From Longimicrobiales bacterium (GTDB taxonomy: Bacteria; Gemmatimonadota; Gemmatimonadetes; Longimicrobiales; Gaopeijiaceae), in assembly GCA_963664435.2 (NCBI GenBank), contig CAXXKM010000002.1, forward strand, positions 512,001 to 576,000: a DNA stretch of 64,000 nt. Reading direction: 5' to 3'. Position numbers and translations under genes: made by a program. Of this stretch, positions 8,149-21,679 are shown piece by piece. Under the pieces are notes generated by a model. It was not told the DNA's origin. It saw only the letters and a list, made by a program, of their open reading frames with translations, and did no database searches. Positions within the stretch are counted from its first letter, which is position 1; every line of letters starts with the position of its first letter.

Positions 8149-9225
8149 ATGCGCCATCTCCCCGCCCTTCTCCTCTGCCTCGTCGTCTGGACCTGCGCCG
8201 AAGCCCCCGAGGCCGCCCAGGAGCCGGAAGTTTCAGCTGAAACGCCTTTGCCGCCGGGTTCCGTTTACGAGGGCCAGGCCTTCGAGTTCGAGGAAGTGGT
8301 GCCGGATATCTTCCACGCGCGCGGAACCGGCGCGCTCAACGTAGGCTCCCACGGCGCGATGGTGGTCAACGAGGACCACGTGCTCCTCGTCGAGTCGCAT
8401 ATCTCTCCCGCGGCGGCGCGGGCGGCCTACGACGAGGTGATGGAGCTCACCGGCAAGCCTCTGCGCTACGTGGTCAACACCCATTTTCACTTCGATCACG
8501 CGCACGGGAACAGCGCCTACCCGGACGACGTCCATGTCATCGGCCACGAGTTCACGCGCGAGATGATCGAGAACGGGGGCTCGATGGGCCGTTCCTGGGA
8601 GAACTTCGTGGGCGGGGTACCGACCCAGATCGCCGAGCTTGCGGACCAGGTCATGCGCACCGACATCGAGGAGGAGCGTCTCGAACTCGAAGACCAGCTC
8701 GCCTTTCTGGAGAACTACTACGCGAGCCAGGACGGACTCGACCCGGAGAGCCCCAACACGACCCTCTCGGAGCGGATGACGCTGTTCGCGGGCGACCGCG
8801 AGATCCGCATCCTCTTCTTCGGGCGCGGTCACACCGGAGGCGACATCGTGGTCCACCTCCCCGCCGAGCGCGTGCTCATCACCGGGGATCTGCTGCTCCC
8901 CCGGCTTCCCTTCATGGGCGACGGCTATCCCGGGGAGTGGGCCGAGACCCTCGAGCACCTGAAGGGGCTGGAGTTCGACTGGATGCTGCCCGGCCACGGC
9001 GATCCCTTCCAGGACCGCGCGGTCATCGATCATCTGCAGGCCTACCTGCGCGACTTCGAGGAGCGGGCGACGGCGCTGCACGCGCAGGGGCTCTCCTACC
9101 AGGAGGCCGCGGCTCAGATCGACATGACCGACCACGCCGGAAACTACCCGCAGATCACCGGGCCGGGGGTCGCGGAAATCGCGATGCAGCGGATGTTCGA
9201 GCTGCTGGACGGGACCGCGGGGTAG
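8149..9225 (+). CDS. Exported MBL-fold metallo-hydrolase (cyclase-like)
   Basis: THFHFDH, GHTGGD, TGD and PGHG motifs; N-terminal signal. Confidence 0.9.
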   Translation: MRHLPALLLCLVVWTCAEAPEAAQEPEVSAETPLPPGSVYEGQAFEFEEVVPDIFHARGTGALNVGSHGAMVVNEDHVLLVESHISPAAARAAYDEVMELTGKPLRYVVNTHFHFDHAHGNSAYPDDVHVIGHEFTREMIENGGSMGRSWENFVGGVPTQIAELADQVMRTDIEEERLELEDQLAFLENYYASQDGLDPESPNTTLSERMTLFAGDREIRILFFGRGHTGGDIVVHLPAERVLITGDLLLPRLPFMGDGYPGEWAETLEHLKGLEFDWMLPGHGDPFQDRAVIDHLQAYLRDFEERATALHAQGLSYQEAAAQIDMTDHAGNYPQITGPGVAEIAMQRMFELLDGTAG

Positions 9226-9264
9226 CCAGCCGGAGAGACCCATCGCCGCCGTGTTGGACGGGAG

Positions 9265-10506
9265 GTGGGTGCCCGTATGACGCCGAGCCGCCGCGGACCT
9301 CCCCGCTTCTCGCGGAACGCCGTGGTCCGGCTGTGGCTGCACCGCCAGGGACTCGCCCGGTCGCGGGGGACGGTCCCGCTCGACCGGCGCGCATTCGTCG
9401 ACCACCTGGAGCGCACCGGAGCGCTGCAGCTCGACAGCGTGAACGTCGTGGACCGCGCCCATTACCTCACGCTCTGGAGCCGCTTCGGTCCCTACGACCG
9501 GGCGCAGGTGGATCGCTGGGTGTACCGCGAGCGGCTGGCGTACGAGTATTGGGGACACGAGGCTTCGATCCTCCCCATCTCCCACCTCCCGCTGGGCCGG
9601 CGGCGGATGCGCCGCTTCCCTCCCCTGAGCTGGTCCGGCCGCAAGTGGTGGTCCCGATACGCGACCTCGACCGCTTCCAAGCGTCGTGTGCTGCGGCGGA
9701 TGCGCGCCGGAGGGCCGCTGGAAAGCGCCGACTTTGCGCCGCGCCCGGAGGAAGTGGTTGAGAAGACGGATTCTCCAGGGTGGCGGCTGCGCGAGGACAA
9801 GCGATCGCTGAAGCTTCTGTGGCACGACGGTCGCCTCGCTGTGAGCGGCCGGCGCCATTTCCGCTGCATCTACGACATGGCCGAGCGCGTCTACCCCGAG
9901 GGGCCCGCTGCGTCGCTCACGGCGTACCACGACAGCTGGCTCCTCATCGGGCTTTCCGGATGCGGCATCGCTCCGGAACGCCACCTCGTCAACTACTTCA
10001 CCGCGCCGGCACTGAACGCGGCGGAGCGGCGCCGGGTCATCGCCCGCAATCTTCGCAGCAAGCGGATCGTCGAGGTGGAGGTGGAGGGCCTCCCCGGTCC
10101 GTGCTACGCGCTGCCCGAGCACCTCGATGCAGTCGACGCCCTCCCCGAGCCCACCGGAACGACGCTCATCTGTCCCTTCGACTCCCTGCTCTGGCAGCGG
10201 AAGCGCGCCGCCGAACTCCTCGACTTCGGATACACCATCGAGATCTACGTCCCCGCCGCGAAGCGGAAGTACGGCTACTACGTCCTCCCGATTCTCCACG
10301 ACGGCCGCCTCGTAGGCCGCCTCGACCCCAAACTCCACCGCGACCGCGGCGTCCTTGAGGTCCGCTCACTGCACTTCGAACCGGACTTCAGGCAATCGGC
10401 TCGCTTCGAGGCAGGGCTTCACGAATCGCTCGGGGACCTCGCCGACTTCCTGGGCGCTTCCGGCATCCAGGCCAGCGCGGTGAGCCACGATGCGGTCCGG
10501 TTGTGA
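9265..10506 (+). CDS. ycaQ: YcaQ/AlkZ-family winged-helix DNA crosslink-repair glycosylase
   Basis: LQLDSVNVVDRAH, EYWGHEAS, PFDSLLW, IEIYVPAAKRKYGYYVLP motifs. Confidence 0.85.
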   Translation: MGARMTPSRRGPPRFSRNAVVRLWLHRQGLARSRGTVPLDRRAFVDHLERTGALQLDSVNVVDRAHYLTLWSRFGPYDRAQVDRWVYRERLAYEYWGHEASILPISHLPLGRRRMRRFPPLSWSGRKWWSRYATSTASKRRVLRRMRAGGPLESADFAPRPEEVVEKTDSPGWRLREDKRSLKLLWHDGRLAVSGRRHFRCIYDMAERVYPEGPAASLTAYHDSWLLIGLSGCGIAPERHLVNYFTAPALNAAERRRVIARNLRSKRIVEVEVEGLPGPCYALPEHLDAVDALPEPTGTTLICPFDSLLWQRKRAAELLDFGYTIEIYVPAAKRKYGYYVLPILHDGRLVGRLDPKLHRDRGVLEVRSLHFEPDFRQSARFEAGLHESLGDLADFLGASGIQASAVSHDAVRL

Positions 10507-10548
10507 CTCGCTCGGTGATCTCGCGGCCCGCCTCGTTCTCCGTCCGGC

Positions 10549-11703
10549 CTACAGCGGGATGATTTCAGTCAGGATGTCGCGCCCGCTTACCGCGCGAAAT
10601 CCATCCGCCAGGGGGAACGTGTGCCTTCCCACGTGCACCACGTCGATACGGCTCAATCCGAGGACCTTCCGAGCCGTCCGCATGGACGACGTGACCTTCG
10701 GTGCGTCCGTTCGCTTGAACTCGTATCCGCGCCGCTGGCGGCCGCGAACAACCAGGAGATCGAGTTCCGGTCCACCGTGGACCGACCAGAAGTAGCACTC
10801 GTCCGGCCGCGCTCCGATGCGGCGCATCACCTGCTCCAGGGCAAAGCCCTCCCAACTGGCTCCGACTTTCGGATGCCTCGCCAGGTCGCGGGCGTTCGCA
10901 ATGTCGAGCAGCACGTGGAGCAAGCCGCTGTCGGCGATGTAGGTTTTCGGCGACTTGACGATTCGCCTGGCGACGTTTTCCCGCCAGGGGCGTAGCACCC
11001 GCATGAGGTAGGCGCCCGTCATCCGGTCCAGGTAGCGACGCACCGTCGTGTGCGCCAGCCCGAAGGCGCGGGCGAGCTCCGACCCGTTCCAGGTCTGGCC
11101 GTGGTAGTGGGCCAGCATCGTCCAGAAGTCCTGCAGCAGGACCGGCGGCAACGAGATGCCGAGCCCCGGCAGGTCGCGTCCGGCGAGCGATCGAATGAAA
11201 TCCCTGCGCCACTGCTCGCTCCGTGCGTCGTCCTCCGCGAGCCACGCCCTCGGGAAGCTGCCCCGCAGCCAGAGCTCCCGCCAATTCTCGCCACCGACTT
11301 CGGACAGGTCGAAGCCCGGCAGTTCGTGGTATGCAATGCGCCCGGCGAGCGACTCCGATCCCTGACGCAGCAACTCCGGAGACGCGCTCCCCAGCACGAG
11401 GAAGCGGGCAAGAAGGGGCCTGCGGTCCGCGAGTACGCGAAGGATCGGGAACAAGCCTGGACGTGTCTGAATCTCGTCGATGATGACCAGACCGCGGAGC
11501 GGCTCCAGAGCCAACATGGGCTCGCTCAACCTGGCCAGATCCCGCGAATCCTCCAGATCGAAGCGGGTAACACGCTCCTGCGTGGCTGCGAGTTCCAGCG
11601 CGAGCGTCGTCTTCCCCACCTGCCGCGCACCCAGGAGTGCGACGACGGGATTGTCGCTCAGTTTGCTCGCCAGAGCGGCCAGATGGGCGGGCCTGGGTAT
11701 CAT
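10549..11703 (-). CDS. AAA_14 ATPase with DUF4143 and C-terminal PD-(D/E)xK-like domain
   Basis: GARQVGKT Walker A, IIDEIQ Walker B, LGSAS, SLAGR, KSPK..DSGL, ELDLL...EFK. Confidence 0.9.
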   Translation of the reverse strand: MIPRPAHLAALASKLSDNPVVALLGARQVGKTTLALELAATQERVTRFDLEDSRDLARLSEPMLALEPLRGLVIIDEIQTRPGLFPILRVLADRRPLLARFLVLGSASPELLRQGSESLAGRIAYHELPGFDLSEVGGENWRELWLRGSFPRAWLAEDDARSEQWRRDFIRSLAGRDLPGLGISLPPVLLQDFWTMLAHYHGQTWNGSELARAFGLAHTTVRRYLDRMTGAYLMRVLRPWRENVARRIVKSPKTYIADSGLLHVLLDIANARDLARHPKVGASWEGFALEQVMRRIGARPDECYFWSVHGGPELDLLVVRGRQRRGYEFKRTDAPKVTSSMRTARKVLGLSRIDVVHVGRHTFPLADGFRAVSGRDILTEIIPL

Positions 11704-11709
11704 GATATC

Positions 11710-11740
11710 TGAAATATGAACACTGCATGCTCATATTTCA
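11710..11740. promoter_or_regulatory. AT-rich perfect 10-bp inverted repeat (operator or terminator)
   Basis: TGAAATATGA-N11-TCATATTTCA between the thiC stop and the ATPase start. Confidence 0.6.
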
Positions 11741-11748
11741 AGAAATGA

Positions 11749-15613
<3,865 letters not shown>

Positions 15614-15616
15614 AAT

Positions 15617-15818
15617 GGTGACCGGGGTCCCATCCGGGTCTGGTCTCCGGGTCCATCCGGGCCTGGTCAACCGGGTGCATCCGGGCCTGGTCACCGGATC
15701 CATCCGGGCTTGGTCACCGGGTCCATCCGGGCCTGGCCGCCGCGTCAATTCCGGGCCTGGTCACCGGGTCCATCCGGGCTTGGTTGCCGGCACGACCCCC
15801 GGCCTGATCACCGGCACC
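15617..15818. repeat. Degenerate ~23-bp tandem repeat, about 8-9 copies
   Basis: Consensus CCGGGTCCATCCGGGCCTGGTCA repeated head-to-tail after the ggt stop. Confidence 0.85.
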
Positions 15819-15823
15819 ATGCA

Positions 15824-15944
15824 GTCCCGAATTCACATGACGGAGTCTCGTTCTGCCATTGACAAGGTTTGGCGTCCCCCGACGCAGGGGGACCAGGAGC
15901 GGCCGTCCTGAATTCACATGGCGGAGTCCCATTCTGCCATTGAC
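15824..15944. repeat. Two ~40-bp direct repeats separated by 41 bp
   Basis: GTCCCGAATTCACATGACGGAGTCTCGTTCTGCCATTGAC (15824-15863) and GTCCTGAATTCACATGGCGGAGTCCCATTCTGCCATTGAC (15905-15944). Confidence 0.85.
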
Positions 15945-16111
15945 GGATTCGGAGGTCGCGATTCGGCAGAGTCCGACATTCCGGATTCACCAGCCCGCCA
16001 GAGGCGCTGACGGACGCGCTGACAGCGTTCGCGGACCCATGCCTCTTCCGAAGATCTCCCAACCCCGCTTCGGCCACTACAGGGCATCCTGAGAAGCCGA
16101 TTCGAGGGGCG

Positions 16112-16140
16112 TTATATTTGTACGTAAGTCATGGTACAAT
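16112..16140 (+). promoter_or_regulatory. Putative sigma70 promoter of the HNH gene
   Basis: TTATAT-N17-TACAAT with an extended -10 TG. Confidence 0.5.
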
Positions 16141-16143
16141 CGC

Positions 16144-17937
16144 ATGTTGGGAGGAATGATGATCGCATCTCCAGACGTTCTCTACGATACGCGCGGGAGG
16201 TCCTCTCCCTGGCCCGCGATGGTGCGCGAACCGACTGGCTCCCGGCCCGCCACCAGGCGCGTGTCCCCGGATGCCCTCTCCGCGCCCGGCGCCGTCACTC
16301 CCCGCGACGATGACCTCGCCCGGCTGGGCGAGCGCATCGCGGAGCTGGCCGCGGGCATCAATGCCGCGGAATCGCGGATGATGGCCCTCCTCGCCGATTT
16401 CGATCGCCGGGGCGGCTGGAAGGACGGCTTCGGCTCCTGCGCGGAGTGGCTCGCCTGGAAGATCGGCATCACGATCGGGCCGGCCCGCGAACGGGTGCGG
16501 GCCGCCCGCGCGCTGGAGAATCTGCCGCAGACCGCCGACGCTCTTCGGGAGGGGACCATCTCCTACGCCAAGGTGCGGGCGCTGACGCGCGTCGCGACGC
16601 CGGCGAGCGAGGCGGAGCTGCTCGAGTTCGCACGCGCCGGCTCGGCCGCGAGGCTGGAGCGGATGGTGCGCATGTGGAAGAAGCTGTCGCGCGATGAGGA
16701 ACTGACCGCCGAGCAGGCCCGGCACCGCAGCCGCACGTTCTCGATGTTCGTGGACGGCGACGGGATGTACGTGGTGAAGGGCCGGCTCGAGCCGGAGGTC
16801 GGAGCGGTGCTGATGCGCGCGGTGGAGGCGGCGTCGGATGCGCTGTTCCGACGCGAGGGCGGGGCCCGAGCCGGAGCAGGAATCGCAACGAGTGTCAGGC
16901 GAGACGCCGGCGATGCGCGCCCGGAGCCGAAGCAGCGGCGGGCGGATGCGGTGGGGCTATTGGCGGAGCGGGCGCTGGCGGCCGGGTTCGGAGATAGCGA
17001 ACTCGGCGACGAGCTGAAGACTCGATCCCACGACGATGGGCCCCGTGACGATGCGCCCCAATCCGAGGACGAGCCGCAGACTCGGTCCCGCGAGGAGTGG
17101 CAGCCCCGATCCCGCACTGAACCGCCCGCCTCCCGCGGCGTCGAATCCGGCACCCGTGCGGAGCGCTACCAGGTGATGGTACATTGCGATGCGGCGACGC
17201 TCGCGGCGGAGGGCGAGCCCGGACGCTCGGATCTGGACGGGATCCGCGTTTCCGCGGAGACGTCGCGGCGCATGGCGTGCGATGCCGCGGTGGTGGCGAT
17301 GGTCCACGCGAAGGATGGCTCGTTGCTGAAGGATAGCTCGCTGCTGAACGTCGGACGCAGGACGCGCACCATTCCTCCGCACATCCGGCGTGCGCTGGAG
17401 GAGCGCGACCGCGGATGCCGCTTCCCCGGGTGCGGGTGCAGGTTCACCGAGGCGCATCACGTGAAGCACTGGGCCGACGGAGGTGAGACGAGCCTCCGGA
17501 ACACACTGTTGCTCTGCCGGCGGCACCATCGCGCCGTTCACGAGGGACAGGTGAAGGTGTCGGTGAACGGCGATGGGACAGTGCTCTTTTTCACGCCCAG
17601 CGGGAAGATGCTGGCGGACGCGCCGCGCAAGCCGACATCGGCGGACACGCTGGGCAAGCCGACATCGGCGACGGCGCCGGGCAGGCCGAGATCCGCGACC
17701 GTGCCGGGCAAGCCAACATCGGCGACCGCGCCAGGGCAGCGAGGCGAAGGGGAAGCACAACCGCCCACGCAGCAGGGGTGGGAGGACTTGCCTCGCGTCC
17801 CATCCGTCCATCCCGGTGCCCCGCCGATGAGCAAGACCGTCGCCCTCTCAAACGGGGCCGCGCTCTACCGCGATTCCGATATCCCGTGGGAGATCGAGGC
17901 CAGGGCGCGCGAAGCTGTGGAGGAGTCTCTGGAATGA
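16144..17937 (+). mobile_element. DUF222 + HNH endonuclease protein (13E12/REP13E12-like element)
   Basis: FDRRGGW...SCAEWL N-terminus, RRMACDA, RDRGCRFPGC...AHHVKHWADGGET...N...LCRRHH HNH motif. The true start may be 16156 or 16159. Confidence 0.85.
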
Positions 17938-18054
17938 CGGGGTCGTCCCCTCCGTAGAGCGTATCGCCCGCGATCGGGCGCACTTCTCCCCGAGATCACC
18001 GGAGGAGCCGGCCTCAGGACTGGCAGCAGACGCCCATCAGAGCTGCGGGAACCA

Positions 18055-18213
18055 CGCGGGAAATGATCGCGTGGACCTCCGCGCCGGAGCGGAAAATGAT
18101 CTCGTGGACACGCGCCGGAGGGGGAGATGATCGCGTGGCCCCCCGCGCCGGAGCGGGAGATGATTGCGTGGCCCCCGCGCCGGAGGGGGAGATGATCGCA
18201 TGCACCTGCGCGC
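18055..18213. repeat. ~31-33-bp tandem repeat, about 5 copies
   Basis: Consensus CGCGCCGGAG(C/G)GGGAGATGATCGCGTGG-N(2-5). Confidence 0.85.
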
Positions 18214-18224
18214 CCAGCCGAAAG

Positions 18225-19523
18225 TCACGGACTGTACACGTAAACTACCGGCAGCCTGGACACGTCGGTGACGCTGTTGTCCGTGTGGTGGTAGATGTTC
18301 ATCCGTCCCGTGCCGCAGTCGCCGAAGGCATCGCAGGATATCGTCCCGACCAAGCCGGTCATCGCGGTAGCTCGCACCTGCGCGCGCAACGCCGCCCGGT
18401 CGATGTGCAGTCTGTCGCCCTCCTCCACGGCGACGGACTGAATGGCCGACAGAAGCATGGTGGTCGCGTCATAGGCGTGCGCCCAGTAGGGGGACTGAGG
18501 GAAACCGCCGTGCCTGGCCTCGAACGCGGCGAGAACCTGCTGCCCGCTTCTTCCGGTCCGCTCGTTCACGTTTGAGCCGAAGTCCGATTCCGGGCCGGCG
18601 AAGTAGATCCCCTCCGACTGGGGCGTTTCCAGGAACGCGGAGACCAGCAGCGCGGCGGCCGATATCAGGGTGGTCCCTTCGAGCCCGTCGAAGGCCCGCG
18701 CCTGCGCGGCAAATGCCGATCCTTCCGTCACGAACAGCGGAAAGAAGATGGCATCCGGGCCGGCGGCCGCGAACTCCGCGAGAACGTCCGTCATGTCGGT
18801 GTCGCCCTTGTCGATTTCGGCCCGGGTCGGCACTTCGCCGCCGAGGGCCGAGAACGCATCGGCGAACGCCGCCACCAGGGCGGACGTGTACGGGTCACCG
18901 TCGTGCACGGTGGCCACGCGCCTGAGTTCCAGCTGGTTGTACACGAAGTCCGACAGAGCCCGTGCCTGGTGGAGGTCGTTGGACGACACGCGAAAGTATC
19001 CCGCGTGATGGTCGGCATCCGGTGTGCCGGCCAGGTCCGAGGTGAGCCGCGGCGAGGTGTTGCTGGGCGAAATCATGACCAGACCCGCATCGGTGACGAC
19101 GGGCGATGCGGCCACGGCCGCGGCCGAGCAGTTCGTGCCGATGACGCCCGCCACCTGCGGATCTCCGACGATTCCACCCGCCCCCGCGCGGCCGCCCTCC
19201 GGCGAACAGCTCGTGTCGATCGGCTCCCCCAACTCGACCGGGCGCCCGTGGATGGAGCCCATGTCCTCGGCGGCGAACTCGGCCCCCTGCCGGGACACGG
19301 CGCCAAGCGTCGGCGCAACCGTGACCGAGAGCAACATGCGGAGCCGCACGGCCTCGCCCGCCTCCAGCGTGACCGCGCCCAGCGGGCCGGGCTCGAATTC
19401 AACCGGCGGCTCGACCGGCGGCTCAACCGGAGGTTCGACCGGTGGCTCGGTCGCATCACGGCATCCCGACAGGGCGAGAACCGCTGCCAGCGCCGTACCG
19501 AGTGGAATGATGTGCCTGTGCAT
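18225..19523 (-). CDS. Branched-chain amino acid ABC-type substrate-binding lipoprotein (LivJ/LivK-like), orphan
   Basis: Lipobox LSGC, PPVE repeats, VIGTNCS, ISPSNTSP, HDGDPY, AYDA motifs. Confidence 0.85.
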   Translation of the reverse strand: MHRHIIPLGTALAAVLALSGCRDATEPPVEPPVEPPVEPPVEFEPGPLGAVTLEAGEAVRLRMLLSVTVAPTLGAVSRQGAEFAAEDMGSIHGRPVELGEPIDTSCSPEGGRAGAGGIVGDPQVAGVIGTNCSAAAVAASPVVTDAGLVMISPSNTSPRLTSDLAGTPDADHHAGYFRVSSNDLHQARALSDFVYNQLELRRVATVHDGDPYTSALVAAFADAFSALGGEVPTRAEIDKGDTDMTDVLAEFAAAGPDAIFFPLFVTEGSAFAAQARAFDGLEGTTLISAAALLVSAFLETPQSEGIYFAGPESDFGSNVNERTGRSGQQVLAAFEARHGGFPQSPYWAHAYDATTMLLSAIQSVAVEEGDRLHIDRAALRAQVRATAMTGLVGTISCDAFGDCGTGRMNIYHHTDNSVTDVSRLPVVYVYSP

Positions 19524-19626
19524 GAGAACCGCTCCTCCCTGGTCGTTTCTCGTGACCTGATGTTGGTCGTTTCTCGTGACCTGATCGTTGTCCACCGGCG
19601 CGGACGAGCGGCGCCGGTGCGTGCCG

Positions 19627-20217
19627 TTACTCGGGGCCCGGTTCGCCCATGGCGCGGCTGACCACGGATGAGCCCCAACGCCGCGCCCAACGTAGCGCCA
19701 CGCTTGCGGTGACGGCCATCGTGGCGGCCAGCACGTTGAACAGAATGTCGACGGGGTCGAAGACCCGGCTGGGGATAAGCCTCTGGATCCCCTCGTCGAT
19801 GAGGCCGACCAGGGAAGCCGCCACGATCGCGAGCAGCGGCGGCACGGGGACCCGGCGGCCCTGTCTGGCGCGCTCCGTCAGCGCCTCATGGATGAAGACG
19901 GCGACCACGCCGTACTCCACCAGGTGGGAGCGCTCCGTCGGCACCGACATGCGCACGATGATCAGCAGGTACGCCGCCGCGACGCCCAGGGCGACCGCGA
20001 TCTCGGCGCCTCCCGGGCGGACCTTGAGCCCCTGCGTAATGACGGTCAACAGAACGAGAAGGCAACCGGCCAGGAAGAGCCACACCGAGACGAAGTCGTT
20101 GCCCAGATAGTCGACCAGCGTGCGTGCCAGGCCGAGCGTGGAGTAGATCGCGGCAACGACAACCGCCGTCCACAACCAGAGGCGACGTTCCCGCTTTGAA
20201 GAAAAAAGGGAGGGCAC
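19627..20217 (-). CDS. VanZ-family membrane protein
   Basis: ERSHLVEYG and DEGIQ..IPSRVFDPVDI motifs; multiple TM segments. Confidence 0.8.
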   Translation of the reverse strand: MPSLFSSKRERRLWLWTAVVVAAIYSTLGLARTLVDYLGNDFVSVWLFLAGCLLVLLTVITQGLKVRPGGAEIAVALGVAAAYLLIIVRMSVPTERSHLVEYGVVAVFIHEALTERARQGRRVPVPPLLAIVAASLVGLIDEGIQRLIPSRVFDPVDILFNVLAATMAVTASVALRWARRWGSSVVSRAMGEPGPE

Positions 20218-20226
20218 GCGAAACGC

Positions 20227-21582
20227 CTACATCACCGGCACCATCCCCGCCTGCGATACCAGGATCAGCAGAGCGCGCTGGATGCCGACGGGGCCGTTGT
20301 GGTTCATGAAGAACTCGGCGAGCGAGTGCGAGTTGCCGCCCGCGCCGCCGCCGCCGATGGTGACCGACGGGATGCCGAGGGAAATCGGCGTGTTGGAGTC
20401 GGTCGAGGAGCGACGGAGCGACGTGATGCCGCCCATGAGCTCGGTGGCCGCCAGCGCCCGCTGGATGAAAGGGTGATCCTCGGGGATCTCGCCGCTGGGC
20501 CGGTTGCCGATCATGGTGATCTCGAGGGTCAGCTCCTCGCCCCGGGCGCGCACCGCGTTGGCTTCCTCGAGCCCGCGCCGCATCGCCGCCTGGAAGACCG
20601 CGTCGATCTCCAGCAGCGCCTCGGGGCTCTCCGAGCGCATGTCGATCTCCATCCAGGCCTCGAAGGGGATCGAGTTCACGGAAGTGCCGCCTCCCACGGT
20701 GCCGACGTTGTAGCTGGTGCGCTGGGCCGCGTCGTCGGTGTAGCGCTTTGCCTCGGCGTCGAAGGCGGCCACGGCGCGCCCCAGGGCGTGGATGGGGTTG
20801 CCGAGCCCGAACGCTCCCCAGGAGTGCCCGCCCGGTCCCTTGAAGGCGACCCGGTAGCGGTGCGAGCCGAGGCCGGCGTTGGTCACCCCGCTGTGCCCGA
20901 GCCCGTCGATGGAGATGAACGCGCTGAAGTCGGGCGAGCCCTCGCGGAAAAGGTGCTTGACCCCGCGAAGATCGCCGGTGCCTTCCTCGCCCACCGTGCC
21001 CACGAACCAGATGTCCTGCTCGGTCTGGATGTCGGCGGCGTTCATGGCGCGCAGCACCGCGAGCACGGCCACCAGGCCGCGGGTGTCGTCGGCGATGCCG
21101 GGCGCGAACAGGGTGTCGCCGTTCTCGCGGATGGTCACATCGGTGCCCTCGGGGAAAACCGTGTCCAGGTGCCCGGAGAAGATCATCGTCCCGGTGCCAT
21201 TGCCGCGCCGCAGTCCGATGACGTTGCCCTCCGCGTCGGCCCAGACGGAGTCGACCCCCGACTCCTGAAGCAGCTCCATAAAGCGTTGTCCGCGCACCTC
21301 TTCCATGAAGGGCGGCGCGGGAATCTGGGTCAGTTCCCGCAGGGTGGCGATAGTCCAGGGGTCGTTCTCCTCGATGTGACGGAAGGCGGCCTGGACGGAG
21401 GGATGTTCCATGAGGGCGCGCACCTCAGCTGCCGCGTCGAACCCCGGCGCCTGGGCTGATGCGGGAGACGGCACACCGGCGAGGAGGGCGACCGCGACGA
21501 GGACGGCGCCGGGAAACGAGGCGGCGAGCGGCGACGGCGGGGTCGGCGGGGACGGGGCGGGATGGAAAGCGGGACGGCTCAT
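20227..21582 (-). CDS. M20/M25/M40 family metallopeptidase, exported
   Basis: GHLDTVFP, PGIADD, GEEG, GGHSW, STDSN, HSLAE. Confidence 0.9.
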   Translation of the reverse strand: MSRPAFHPAPSPPTPPSPLAASFPGAVLVAVALLAGVPSPASAQAPGFDAAAEVRALMEHPSVQAAFRHIEENDPWTIATLRELTQIPAPPFMEEVRGQRFMELLQESGVDSVWADAEGNVIGLRRGNGTGTMIFSGHLDTVFPEGTDVTIRENGDTLFAPGIADDTRGLVAVLAVLRAMNAADIQTEQDIWFVGTVGEEGTGDLRGVKHLFREGSPDFSAFISIDGLGHSGVTNAGLGSHRYRVAFKGPGGHSWGAFGLGNPIHALGRAVAAFDAEAKRYTDDAAQRTSYNVGTVGGGTSVNSIPFEAWMEIDMRSESPEALLEIDAVFQAAMRRGLEEANAVRARGEELTLEITMIGNRPSGEIPEDHPFIQRALAATELMGGITSLRRSSTDSNTPISLGIPSVTIGGGGAGGNSHSLAEFFMNHNGPVGIQRALLILVSQAGMVPVM

Positions 21583-21636
21583 GGATCTCTCGGTATCGGT
21601 TCGTGCGCCAGGCGTCGGGCCGAGCCGACGCCCCGG

Positions 21637-21672
21637 AATACGTAAAATACGTAATTTGCGTAAAATGCGTAA
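21637..21672. repeat. AT-rich 9-bp tandem repeat x4
   Basis: AATACGTAA AATACGTAA TTTGCGTAA AATGCGTAA. Confidence 0.75.
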
Positions 21673-21679
21673 AACACCC

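Noticed and set aside
15617..15818. CRISPR array
   Set aside because: Units are head-to-tail and degenerate with no unique spacers.
18055..18213. CRISPR array
   Set aside because: Only 2-5 variable nt between units; a tandem repeat.
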